This document shows positions 17,260-26,227 of a DNA stretch of 64,000 nucleotides, piece after piece. The notes under the pieces were generated by a model. That model was not told the DNA's origin. It ran no database searches and saw only the letters and a program-made list of their open reading frames with translations. The stretch is from NCBI GenBank assembly GCA_017465625.1, contig JAFTVV010000007.1, forward strand, positions 5,935-69,934, given 5' to 3'. The DNA is from Oscillospiraceae bacterium (lineage in GTDB: Bacteria > Bacillota > Clostridia > Oscillospirales > Oscillospiraceae). The first letter of the stretch is position 1; each line of letters begins with the position of its first letter. The position numbers and the translations under genes were made by a program.

Positions 17260-18174
17260 ATGGACAGAAGCTATGACGTGATTGTGATTGGCGGTGGTCC
17301 TGCGGGCTACACCGCTGCGCTGTATACTGCCCGTTCCGGTTATCGCACGCTGGTGATTGAGAAAATCGCCCCCGGCGGACAGATGACACAAACCACCCAA
17401 ATTGACAATTACCCCGGCTTCCCCGATGGGGTGGACGGCATTACCTTGGGGATGCAAATGCAGGCCGGGGCGGCTCGATTTGGGGTAGAGACGGAATACA
17501 GCGAAGTAAAAAAAGTAAACCTGACAGGCGCACTGAAAGAGGTGGAAACCACCGGTGGGGTGTTTCAAGCACGGGCGGTGGTCATTGCCACCGGTGCAGC
17601 CCACCGCCACTTGGGCGTAGAGGGGGAAGAAGCACTGGTGGGGCGCGGCGTAGGCTACTGTGCCGCCTGTGATGCCATGTTCTACAGGGGCAAAACCGTT
17701 GCGGTTGTAGGCGGAGGCAATACTGCCGCGGCAGCGGCATTGGTGCTTTCCCGTATTGCAAAGCAGGTGCACCTGATTCACCGACGGGACAGCCTTCGTG
17801 CCACACGGGTATATCATCAGTCCCTGGAGCAGGCGGAAAATATCACCTTCCACTGGAATACCACCGTGCAGCAGTTTTTGGCAGAGCAGAAGCTGACAGG
17901 GGTTGTGCTGGAAGATGTGCACACCGGTGAGCGGCAGACCCTTGCGGTGGATGGTCTGTTTGTCAGTGTGGGACAAAGCCCGGAAACGGCTCTTTTTGCA
18001 GGACAGTTAGAGTTGGACGCACAGGGCTATATTGTGGCGGACGAAACCACGAAAACCAATATTGATGGCGTGTATGCGGTAGGCGATGTGCGTACCAAGC
18101 AGCTGCGGCAGGTGATCACCGCCGCTGCAGACGGTGCAGTGGCCGCACACCAGATTGAAGCATATTTGATGTAA
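17260..18174 (+). CDS. trxB: Thioredoxin reductase
   Basis: GGGPAG, NYPGF, YCAACD, GGGNTA, GDVR. Confidence 0.93.
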   Translation: MDRSYDVIVIGGGPAGYTAALYTARSGYRTLVIEKIAPGGQMTQTTQIDNYPGFPDGVDGITLGMQMQAGAARFGVETEYSEVKKVNLTGALKEVETTGGVFQARAVVIATGAAHRHLGVEGEEALVGRGVGYCAACDAMFYRGKTVAVVGGGNTAAAAALVLSRIAKQVHLIHRRDSLRATRVYHQSLEQAENITFHWNTTVQQFLAEQKLTGVVLEDVHTGERQTLAVDGLFVSVGQSPETALFAGQLELDAQGYIVADETTKTNIDGVYAVGDVRTKQLRQVITAAADGAVAAHQIEAYLM

Positions 18175-18179
18175 AAAAT

Positions 18180-18479
18180 AGGAGTGTTGCAGTTTTGCAA
18201 CACTCCTCAGAGTGTCAAAGAACCCCCAAACCGTCAAAACACAAAAAATACATCCTATTAAAAGCGTAGGGGACGGGTCTCCCGTCCCAAAAGTAATATT
18301 TTCTAAAATGCCTTGCTGTGCAAGGCGTTTTGACTTACTGCGCAACGCGACCCTCTCGAGTATCCACATACACTTCGGGGTCGCGTTGCTTGTCTTTGGG
18401 GCTTCTTTAACCTCTGGCAGCTTGTCAAAAACATAGTTTTTTGACAAGCTCAGGAGTGTTGCAGTTTTGCAACACTCCT
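18180..18479. mobile_element. MITE-like 244-bp insertion flanked by a duplicated 28-bp terminator palindrome
   Basis: AGGAGTGTTGCAGTTTTGCAACACTCCT at 18180-18207 and 18452-18479; imperfect TIRs CAGAGTGTCAAAGAAC / GAGCTTGTCAAAAAAC(rc). Confidence 0.6.
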
Positions 18480-18490
18480 GTTTCGATGTA

Positions 18491-19432
18491 TCAGATGATG
18501 ATGTTCAAAAGGGCGAACATCAGCGGAATGGTGAGCACGCATACCGTGTGGGAGATGGTGGCCATAGAAGCACCGATGGTGGTGTCGCCTCCGTAGGCGG
18601 CAGGGAATACCACGGTGTTCAGCCCCAAGGGGGTGGCATAGACGAAAAATGCCATCAAAATCGTGGCGCGGTCTGCACCCAACAGCTTTAGTCCTGTGAA
18701 AAACACTGCCGGCAGAACGAACAGCCGCAATACGGCGGCAATATAAATGCGTCCTTTGTTTACCATTTCCTTCAGTGGGTAATTTGCCACAATGAAGCCG
18801 GTGAGCACCATCGCCACCGGGCCCATACAGCTCCCCAGAGAATCACAGGTGTCGGTCACGAAGGCAGGCAGGTGGGCGCTGAGCCCGGAAAGACCTAAAA
18901 GCATCCCCAGTGCCACGGCAAATACGGTGGGATTGAGCAGTTTCTTCAGCGGACTGCCCTTTTGAATTCCGTCGGGAATCAGAATGGTTGCGCCCCAGGT
19001 GTATGCGGCCAGATTCACAGGCAGGCAAAACAGCATATAGCCGTATAGTGCTTCTTCCCCTAAAATGGCAGGCACCAGCGCATAGCCCATAAAGCCGAAG
19101 TTGCCGAACGCCAGAGCATATTTGTAGATGCTGCGGGTATAACCCTTTTTGGCAAAAGCACACGACAGCAGGCAGGAAAGACCAACCGCAACCCCCACAG
19201 CCAACAGGCTGTAGAGCACCGATTCTGCGTTCAATTTCAGGGAGGCGACGGTGCAGTACCGGCAAAAGGTGCTCACGATCAGTGCAGGACACAGCACGGT
19301 GGTCTCCAGTTTGGAGAGCACGGCGGCGGTATTTTGAGGGCAGATCTTTTTCTTGTTCAGCACAAACCCAATCACCATACAGCAAAAAAGCACCAGCATG
19401 GGAGAGAGTGTTGCAAAAAATGTTTCTTTCAT
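18491..19432 (-). CDS. AEC (auxin efflux carrier) family transporter
   Basis: Multi-TM; FGNFGFMG, LNP..A motifs. Confidence 0.8.
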   Translation of the reverse strand: MKETFFATLSPMLVLFCCMVIGFVLNKKKICPQNTAAVLSKLETTVLCPALIVSTFCRYCTVASLKLNAESVLYSLLAVGVAVGLSCLLSCAFAKKGYTRSIYKYALAFGNFGFMGYALVPAILGEEALYGYMLFCLPVNLAAYTWGATILIPDGIQKGSPLKKLLNPTVFAVALGMLLGLSGLSAHLPAFVTDTCDSLGSCMGPVAMVLTGFIVANYPLKEMVNKGRIYIAAVLRLFVLPAVFFTGLKLLGADRATILMAFFVYATPLGLNTVVFPAAYGGDTTIGASMATISHTVCVLTIPLMFALLNIII

Positions 19433-19433
19433 A

Positions 19434-20474
19434 TCAGCAGTCCAGATAACCGCAAAGCACCTTCAGGGTGTTGTATACGCCGTTGATGTGACTGCGCTCG
19501 TAGCCGTGGCTGGCGTATACGCCTGCGCCAATCAAACCGTGACGGATATCAAAGCCGGCACGCAGAGTAGCTTCCACATCAGAACCGTAATAGGGGTAGA
19601 CGTCCACTGCGTAATCGGCACCGGTTTTCTTCGCTGCATCAATCAGTTTTCCTACAACATCATAGTTGTAAGGACCGCCGGAGTCTTTGGCGCAGATGGA
19701 TACCTGCTGTTCCGTACAGCTCAGACCGCTTCCTACACAGCCCATATCCACGGAAATGGCCTCGGTGATGCCAGCAGGCACAGAGCCGGAGCCACCGTGC
19801 CCCACTTCTTCATATACGGTGATATGTACATAGGTGGGACGGGAAAGGGTGATGTGATTGTCTGCAATATATTTGGCAAAGCCCAGCAGGATGCCCACAG
19901 ACAGCTTGTCGTCCAAAAAGCGGCTTTTCAGGTAGCCGGAGGCCGTGCGGCGGGTACGGGGATCGAAGCAGACAATGTCGCCTGTCTGAATACCCAGCTT
20001 TTTCACGTCCTCACTGCAGGAAACGGCCTCGTCCAGTACCACTTCTGTAGTGTCGAAGGTACGGGAAGCGGAGCTATAGTCCTTGTTGACGTGCACGGAG
20101 GCGTTGCAAAGCTGGAACGTGCCTTCGTAAACCTTGCCGTCACGGGTGTAAACGCGGACGTTTTCCGCCTCTGCATTGTTGGCGGACATACCGCCCAGGG
20201 GGGTCAGACGCAAGCGGCCGTTGCCCTTTACTTCTGCCACCATTGCACCCAGCGTGTCGGCGTGGGCGGCAAGCAGCAGACCGCCTTTTTCTTGATCACC
20301 GCCTAAATCTGCGATGACACCGCCCTTTTCGGTGATGTGGGCAGAAAAGCCCAAATTCTCAAATGCTTCCTTTACCCATTGGGCGGCACGGGCAGTGTAG
20401 CCGGAAGGGGAGTCGATGACCAAAAAAGCGGCGGCCTGCTCCCAGGCGTAGTCGGCATAATGCTGTTGGATCAT
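19434..20474 (-). CDS. M42 family aminopeptidase
   Basis: SPSGYT, AHADTLG, SRFLDDK, EEVGHG, SHGYERSH. Confidence 0.9.
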   Translation of the reverse strand: MIQQHYADYAWEQAAAFLVIDSPSGYTARAAQWVKEAFENLGFSAHITEKGGVIADLGGDQEKGGLLLAAHADTLGAMVAEVKGNGRLRLTPLGGMSANNAEAENVRVYTRDGKVYEGTFQLCNASVHVNKDYSSASRTFDTTEVVLDEAVSCSEDVKKLGIQTGDIVCFDPRTRRTASGYLKSRFLDDKLSVGILLGFAKYIADNHITLSRPTYVHITVYEEVGHGGSGSVPAGITEAISVDMGCVGSGLSCTEQQVSICAKDSGGPYNYDVVGKLIDAAKKTGADYAVDVYPYYGSDVEATLRAGFDIRHGLIGAGVYASHGYERSHINGVYNTLKVLCGYLDC

Positions 20475-20647
20475 GGGAATACCTCCTGATATGTCATATA
20501 CGGTCATTATAGCACAGAACAGGCAGATTACAAGGATGGTTTTTACGATTATTTCCTCGGTTTGTTGTTGACGGGGCGGTGCATTTGTGTTATAATCCGT
20601 TAATAAACTGGTGATTTATGCGAATCAAACAAAAGGAGGCGATGGAA

Positions 20648-21415
20648 GTGGAAAAAACAAGAGAGATTAATTTGTCCGAGCTTTTTTCTGCTGTTTTGCA
20701 AAAAATTTGGCTGGTGATTTTGCTGGCGGTGTTCGTAGGTGGTGCGTTTTACGTCCGTACCAAGAACTTTGTGACCCCGATGTACCGTTCCAGTGTGACC
20801 ATTTACGTGAACAACCTGGTGCCTACAGGAGAGGGCACGGTTACAGGTGTTACCGCAACCAACCTGGCTACTTCTCAGCAGCTGGTTAAAACCTACATCG
20901 AGATTTTGAAGAGCGATACGGTTTTACGGGAAGTTGCCAAGCAGGCAGATGTGGGACTGAGCGCAAGTGCCATTCGTTCCAGAATGAGTGCCGCAGCTCA
21001 GAATGAGACCGAAGTATTTAAGGTTTACATCTCCCACGCCGACCCCAACATAGCGGCAAAGGTTGCCAATGCCATTGCAGATGTGGCACCCGGTGAAATT
21101 GCCAAGATCGTAGAGGGTAGCTCTACAAAAATTATCGACCGGGCAAAAGTGGCAGGCGCGCCCTATGCGCCCAACATCAGCGAGCAAACCACCATCGGTG
21201 TGATTATGGGCGCAGTGATCGCCATTTGTATCATTGTGCTGCAGACCTTGCTGGATGTGCGCGTGAAGACGGAAGAGGATCTGGCACTGATTTCTTCCGC
21301 ACCGGTATTGGGTATGATTCCCGACCTGGCTATGGACAACAAGAACCAGTCCGGCTACGAGTATACCGCGAAAGACACCGTAAAGGAGGATGCAGAGAAT
21401 GAGTCTGATCAATAA
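20648..21415 (+). CDS. Polysaccharide chain-length regulator (CpsC/Wzz-like)
   Basis: Two TM, TPMYRSS, SQQLVKTY, PVLGMIP. Confidence 0.85.
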   Translation: MEKTREINLSELFSAVLQKIWLVILLAVFVGGAFYVRTKNFVTPMYRSSVTIYVNNLVPTGEGTVTGVTATNLATSQQLVKTYIEILKSDTVLREVAKQADVGLSASAIRSRMSAAAQNETEVFKVYISHADPNIAAKVANAIADVAPGEIAKIVEGSSTKIIDRAKVAGAPYAPNISEQTTIGVIMGAVIAICIIVLQTLLDVRVKTEEDLALISSAPVLGMIPDLAMDNKNQSGYEYTAKDTVKEDAENESDQ

Positions 21416-22184
21416 GAAAAAGACCGATACGGATCGCAGCTATACTGCTCAGCGCCGCCTGATCCTCAACAGCAAGAGCAACTTCTACATTCAGGAAGCC
21501 TACAATACCCTGCGTACCAATATCCGCTTTGTGCTGCCCGGTGATGGCTGTAAGAGCCTGTGCCTGACCAGTGGTCTGGCCAGTGAGGGCAAATCCACCA
21601 CCATTTTGAATCTGGCCATTTCTTTTGCAGAGACCGGCAGCAAGGTGCTGCTGATCGATGCGGATATGCGCCGTCCCAGCTTGGGCCGCCTGCTGATTGA
21701 AAAGGCATCTCCCGGTCTTTCCGATGTACTGGCCGGTATGACCAATATCGAAGACTGCGTGCGTAAAAACGTGCGTCCCAATCTGGATATGATTTTCTCC
21801 GGTGAGATCCCCCCCAACCCTCTGGAACTGTTGGGCTGTCCCCGGATGAAGACCCTGATTGATACCATGTCTGCCCGTTATGACTACATTTTGGTAGACA
21901 CTCCGCCCATCGGCGTGGTTTCCGATGCCTGTGAAGTGGCCAATGTAACCCACGGCGTGCTGTTTTTGGTGCAGCAAAACTCCACCGAAAAGGATATGGT
22001 GGCCCGCGGTGTCAAGCAGCTGGAACTGTCCGGCTCTCGTTTGCTGGGCTTTGTGATGAACGGTGTGGTACAGGAAACAAAGAGCCGTTACCGCTACCGT
22101 TACCGTTATCGTTACGGTAACAAGTATAAATACAGCAATAAGTATGCTTACAGCTACAGCAAAAACAATACAAATAAAAAGTAA
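21399..22184 (+). CDS. BY-kinase CpsD/CapB family tyrosine kinase
   Basis: EAYNTLRTNI, SEGKST, IDADMRRP, VDTPP, Tyr-rich tail. Confidence 0.92.
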   Translation: MSLINKKKTDTDRSYTAQRRLILNSKSNFYIQEAYNTLRTNIRFVLPGDGCKSLCLTSGLASEGKSTTILNLAISFAETGSKVLLIDADMRRPSLGRLLIEKASPGLSDVLAGMTNIEDCVRKNVRPNLDMIFSGEIPPNPLELLGCPRMKTLIDTMSARYDYILVDTPPIGVVSDACEVANVTHGVLFLVQQNSTEKDMVARGVKQLELSGSRLLGFVMNGVVQETKSRYRYRYRYRYGNKYKYSNKYAYSYSKNNTNKK

Positions 22185-22217
22185 GATGCCAAACTCAAAA
22201 CGGAAAGGAAAGCTGAT

Positions 22218-22484
22218 ATGAAAAGAAATGATCAATTTATTATGCGTCCCGTAGCCGGCCGTTTTGTGCTGGCACCCATCGGTGAGATGGTCAAGAAGTT
22301 CTCCGGTATGGTGACCCTGAACGGCACCGGCAAGTTCCTGTGGGATCTGCTGGCTGAGGAAAAGACCTTGGACGAGATGGCAAAAGCTATGGCGGATGCC
22401 TACGAGGTAGACTTCGAGCAGTCCAAGAAGGACATCGAAGCATTCCTGGAGCCTCTGCGTTCCATTGAGGCTGTCATCGACTAA
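22218..22484 (+). CDS. PqqD family protein
   Basis: MRPVAG..LNGTGKFLW..YEVD..DIEAFL. Confidence 0.8.
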   Translation: MKRNDQFIMRPVAGRFVLAPIGEMVKKFSGMVTLNGTGKFLWDLLAEEKTLDEMAKAMADAYEVDFEQSKKDIEAFLEPLRSIEAVID

Positions 22485-22498
22485 ATCTATACATTTCT

Positions 22499-22535
22499 AA
22501 AAGGCGCTGTCTCTTTTTGAGACAGCGCCTTTTTT
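22499..22535 (+). terminator. Terminator, left boundary of phage-like operon
   Basis: AAAAGGCGCTGTCTC..GAGACAGCGCCTTTTTT. Confidence 0.88.
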
Positions 22536-22560
22536 GCCGCTGAAACTCGTTTTATAAGGT

Positions 22561-22604
22561 TGGGAAAAAAGTGGGAAGACTTTTTATATTTCCCGTGTTA
22601 TGAT
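22561..22604 (+). promoter_or_regulatory. Putative activator-dependent promoter of the phage-like operon
   Basis: TGGGAA direct repeats (22561, 22572); extended -10 TGtTATGAT; no canonical -35. Confidence 0.5.
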
Positions 22605-22630
22605 GGCACCGTTGAAAAGGAGGTGAGCAA

Positions 22631-23029
22631 ATGGAGTATGCCGACAGGGAACATTCCCGGCAGCTTGAACAGCAGATTATCGACGAGCTGGCGGCCATTG
22701 CCCTGACCCGGGCTACGGATGTGGTGCGCATTACAGAAGAAGGTCTGACACTGAAGCGGACGAAAAAAGGCGGCGGCTGTTATGCGGCCATTGCGGCGGT
22801 GGAATCCACAAACAGCGGTCTGAAGGTCAAGCTTTACGATAAGCTGAAGGCGTTGGAGCTGTTGGGAGAATACTACGGCCTGTTCGGCAAAGCGGACGGC
22901 AAAAAGGGAAACGACAATAATCTTTTGGAGGCCATATTATCTTCAACGAAGGAGGCGATCAACGTTAGTGACCTACAAGAACTTCAGCAAACGGCAGATG
23001 CTGGCGATGACCTGGTGGAACAGACCTGA
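22631..23029 (+). CDS. Terminase small subunit (apparently lacking N-terminal HTH)
   Basis: ELAAIA..KVKLYDKLKALELLG..GLF core; directly upstream of TerL; AGGAGGTG RBS. Confidence 0.75.
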   Translation: MEYADREHSRQLEQQIIDELAAIALTRATDVVRITEEGLTLKRTKKGGGCYAAIAAVESTNSGLKVKLYDKLKALELLGEYYGLFGKADGKKGNDNNLLEAILSSTKEAINVSDLQELQQTADAGDDLVEQT

Positions 23030-24191
23030 GCTCAAAAAATGCGAAGGCATTATATGCGATGGAGCAGTGCGCTCCGGCAAGACCGTCTGTATGACAGACG
23101 GCTTTTTTATTTGGAGTATGAGTATGTTTGACGGTCAAAGCTTTGGCATCTGCGGCAGAAGCATTGCCTCCCTGCGGCGCAATGTGGTATGCAATCTGTA
23201 CAGCTGGCTGGGCGGTATTTTCCAGTTACGGGAGAGTCGGTCGGAAAACAAGCTGACGGTGCGCTATAAAGGACGGGAGAACACCTATTACTTTTTTGGC
23301 GGTTTGGATGAAAGCTCCTATAAGCAGATTCAGGGCATCACCTTGGCGGGGGCACTGCTGGATGAGGTGGCGCTGATGCCCCGCTCCTTCGTAGAGCAGA
23401 CCTGCGCCCGATGCTCGGTGGAGGGGTCGAAGCTGTGGTTTAACTGCAATCCGGCAGGACCGGAGCATTGGTTTTACAAGGAGTGGATTGAAAAACGCAC
23501 AGAAAAACAGATGCTTTACCTGCACTTTACCATGGCAGACAATCCGGGCTTATCCTATGCCATTCGCCGCCGCTATGAAAACCTGTATACAGGGGTGTTT
23601 TACAAACGGTACATTTTGGGCTTGTGGTGCGTGGCGGAGGGGCTTATTTACAGCTTCGACAAACAAAAGCACCTGAGCAGTACGCCGCCGCCCAATCCCC
23701 GGTACTATATCTCCGTGGATTACGGCACGATGAATCCCTTTTCAGCCGGTCTTTGGTGTGTGGGGCAGGGCAGAGCCTTGCGACTGCGGGAGTATTACTA
23801 CGACGGACGCAAATCAGGGAAAAGCAAAACCGACAGTGAATACTATGAGGCACTGTTGACCCTTGCCGGGGATTTGCCGGTGGAGCAGGTGATTGTAGAT
23901 CCGTCAGCGGCATCCTTTATCACCCTGATTCGCCGCAAGGGACGTTTTTCAGTGCGGAAGGCAAAGAACAATGTACTGGACGGGATTCGTCAGGTTTCCG
24001 CCTGCCTGCAGTCAGGCTGTCTGCAAATCCATCCGGATTGCACCGATGCCATTCGGGAATTTGGGTTGTACCGCTGGGAGGAGCAGGGAACGTGGGAAAA
24101 ACCGGTAAAGGAGCACGATCACGCAATGGATGAAATCCGTTATTTTTGCACCACGGTATTGCGCCGTTGGGATGGAAAGGAAGAACAATGA
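22968..24191 (+). CDS. Terminase large subunit, PBSX family
   Basis: DGAVRSGKT, LLDEVALMP, NCNPAGPEHWFY, VDYGTMNP, DPSAASF, DHAMDEIRY. Confidence 0.93.
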   Translation: MTYKNFSKRQMLAMTWWNRPELKKCEGIICDGAVRSGKTVCMTDGFFIWSMSMFDGQSFGICGRSIASLRRNVVCNLYSWLGGIFQLRESRSENKLTVRYKGRENTYYFFGGLDESSYKQIQGITLAGALLDEVALMPRSFVEQTCARCSVEGSKLWFNCNPAGPEHWFYKEWIEKRTEKQMLYLHFTMADNPGLSYAIRRRYENLYTGVFYKRYILGLWCVAEGLIYSFDKQKHLSSTPPPNPRYYISVDYGTMNPFSAGLWCVGQGRALRLREYYYDGRKSGKSKTDSEYYEALLTLAGDLPVEQVIVDPSAASFITLIRRKGRFSVRKAKNNVLDGIRQVSACLQSGCLQIHPDCTDAIREFGLYRWEEQGTWEKPVKEHDHAMDEIRYFCTTVLRRWDGKEEQ

Positions 24192-24367
24192 AGAAATTTT
24201 TAGTAGAACGATTTTTGCCGATGTGGGCAAAGGAAACGGTCCTGAGAGAAAACCGCCGCCTCAAGGGACAAAACCGCCTTCTGCGTCAGGAAAATGAAAA
24301 TCTGCACGCCTATATTCGGGGCGTGCAGACAGGCCTGCGGACGGCACGAAAGACAGGGGGCGCCTGA
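24188..24367 (+). CDS. Small coiled-coil phage protein
   Basis: 59 aa; overlaps TerL stop and portal start. Confidence 0.6.
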   Translation: MKKFLVERFLPMWAKETVLRENRRLKGQNRLLRQENENLHAYIRGVQTGLRTARKTGGA

Positions 24368-25683
24368 TGGGTATTTACAGCTATGAGGAGGCTTTCGGTG
24401 GCTGGGATAAAACCTCCGGTGCTATGCGCAAAGCCATCAGGAACTGGCAAAAGCTGTACTATGGCACACCCTCCGACGGATTCGATCCCTGTCAGCGGAT
24501 CGCCTATACGGTGGTCAGCAAAATTGTACGCACCGTTTTTGGGGAATACAGTGCCGTATCCCGGGATGCTTTTACAGACAACATACTTAAGTCGCTTGCA
24601 CCGCTGTCCCGTCAGGCAGTGGAAGCAGCGTTAATCGGAGGAAGCTGTTATCTCAAACCCTGTCCGGATGGGACGGGGTTTTCTTTTACCCTGATTCCCC
24701 GGAGCAATGTACTGATTTTCGGCAGAAACAGCGCAGGAGCAGTGACGGACATTGGCACGGTGGCCCGCAGCACCTACGGTCGGTGCTACTATACCCTTTT
24801 GGAACGGCGCACGTTGGATGGTCGTGGGTATTTAACCATTACCAACCGATTGTTCCGTGCCTACAACGCCGACACATTGGGGGTTCAGGTGCCGCTGAAC
24901 AGCCTGCCGGACTATGAAAAACTGCCGGTGCAGTATCGTTTTGCAGTGCCGGTGCACAGTATTGGACTGGTGGAAGTCAAAACGCCCATGCTCAACTGTG
25001 TGGATGGCTCGCCGGACGGTGTCAGTGTGTTTGCGCCGGCGGCAGAGCTGATTGCCCGTATTGACGAAAACGAGAAGCAGCTGCGGGATGAATTTCATCG
25101 GGGACAGAGCCGCATTATTGCATCCCGGGATTTACTGAAAACCGACGAACAGGGCAACCGATTGCTGGATGACCACCTGTTTGTTGGACTGGACGATGAC
25201 CCGGAGCAGGTGGGCATTACCATTTTTTCTCCTGCACTGCGTCACAGGGCGTATTTAGAGCGCAAACAGGAATATCTGCGGAATGTGGAGTCGGTCATCG
25301 GTCTGAAACGGGGCATGCTGTCTGATGCCAATGCAGAGGACCGAACCGCTACGGAGATCAGCTCCAGTGCAGGAGACTACAACCTGACGGTGATGGATTT
25401 TCAGCAGATGTGGACGGTGGCGCTGGAAAAGCTTTTGTCGCTTTGCATCTGCCTTGCAAAGCTTTACAAAATCGGCAATCCCCCGGAAAGTCCGGCATTT
25501 TCCGTGGACTGGGGCAATGGCATTTTGTATGACGAGGGCAAGACCTGGGAGGAATACCGCCAGATGGTGGCAGATGGCTTGATGCGGCCTGAAATTGCGC
25601 TTGGCTGGCGCTTCAATATGCCCACAGATACCCGGGAGCAGCTGCAGGCCATTCGTAAAAAATATATGCCGGAACAGGCGTAA
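24367..25683 (+). CDS. Portal protein (A118/SPP1-like)
   Basis: Position, size, GVSVFA and RTATEISS motifs. Confidence 0.8.
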   Translation: MGIYSYEEAFGGWDKTSGAMRKAIRNWQKLYYGTPSDGFDPCQRIAYTVVSKIVRTVFGEYSAVSRDAFTDNILKSLAPLSRQAVEAALIGGSCYLKPCPDGTGFSFTLIPRSNVLIFGRNSAGAVTDIGTVARSTYGRCYYTLLERRTLDGRGYLTITNRLFRAYNADTLGVQVPLNSLPDYEKLPVQYRFAVPVHSIGLVEVKTPMLNCVDGSPDGVSVFAPAAELIARIDENEKQLRDEFHRGQSRIIASRDLLKTDEQGNRLLDDHLFVGLDDDPEQVGITIFSPALRHRAYLERKQEYLRNVESVIGLKRGMLSDANAEDRTATEISSSAGDYNLTVMDFQQMWTVALEKLLSLCICLAKLYKIGNPPESPAFSVDWGNGILYDEGKTWEEYRQMVADGLMRPEIALGWRFNMPTDTREQLQAIRKKYMPEQA

Positions 25684-25733
25684 AATGTTTGAATTTTGGG
25701 GAGCAAACCCCGTAAAAAGGCGTAGGAGGAACA

Positions 25734-26222
25734 ATGAAAAGAGAGTTTTTACAAAATTTGACGGTGGAGGGAAAGCCCCTTTCCAAAGAGGTCATTGATG
25801 CCATTATGGCAGAAAATGGACGGGATATTGAACGCACACGGGCAGGCTTTTCGGACTATGAAAGCCTGCAGCAGCAGGTGCTTCAGCTGCAGGAGCAGGA
25901 GAAACAGAGCAAGCAGGCCTTTGAAAAACAGCTGGACAGTGTGCGCTTCGAGAGCCTGGTGCGCAGTGCGGTGGAAAATGCCCGTGGACGAAATATAAAG
26001 GCCATTTCTGCCCTTTTGGATCTGCAGACTCTGCAGGAAAGTGAAAACCGTCAGGACGCCGTCAAGCAGGCAGTGGAGCAGCTGAAAAAAGAGGCTTCCT
26101 ATCTGTTTGACGAGGAAACCCCGCCCCCTTATGCGTGGGGCACAGGCGCAAAAGATCAGCACGATCATAACGCACCGGACACATTAGCCGGTGCACTGAA
26201 AGAAAAATTTGAAAGGAAGTAA
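25734..26222 (+). CDS. Capsid scaffolding protein (Gp20-like)
   Basis: MKREFL..IDAIMAENGRDIE, coiled coil, YLF motif. Confidence 0.8.
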   Translation: MKREFLQNLTVEGKPLSKEVIDAIMAENGRDIERTRAGFSDYESLQQQVLQLQEQEKQSKQAFEKQLDSVRFESLVRSAVENARGRNIKAISALLDLQTLQESENRQDAVKQAVEQLKKEASYLFDEETPPPYAWGTGAKDQHDHNAPDTLAGALKEKFERK

Positions 26223-26227
26223 ACATT

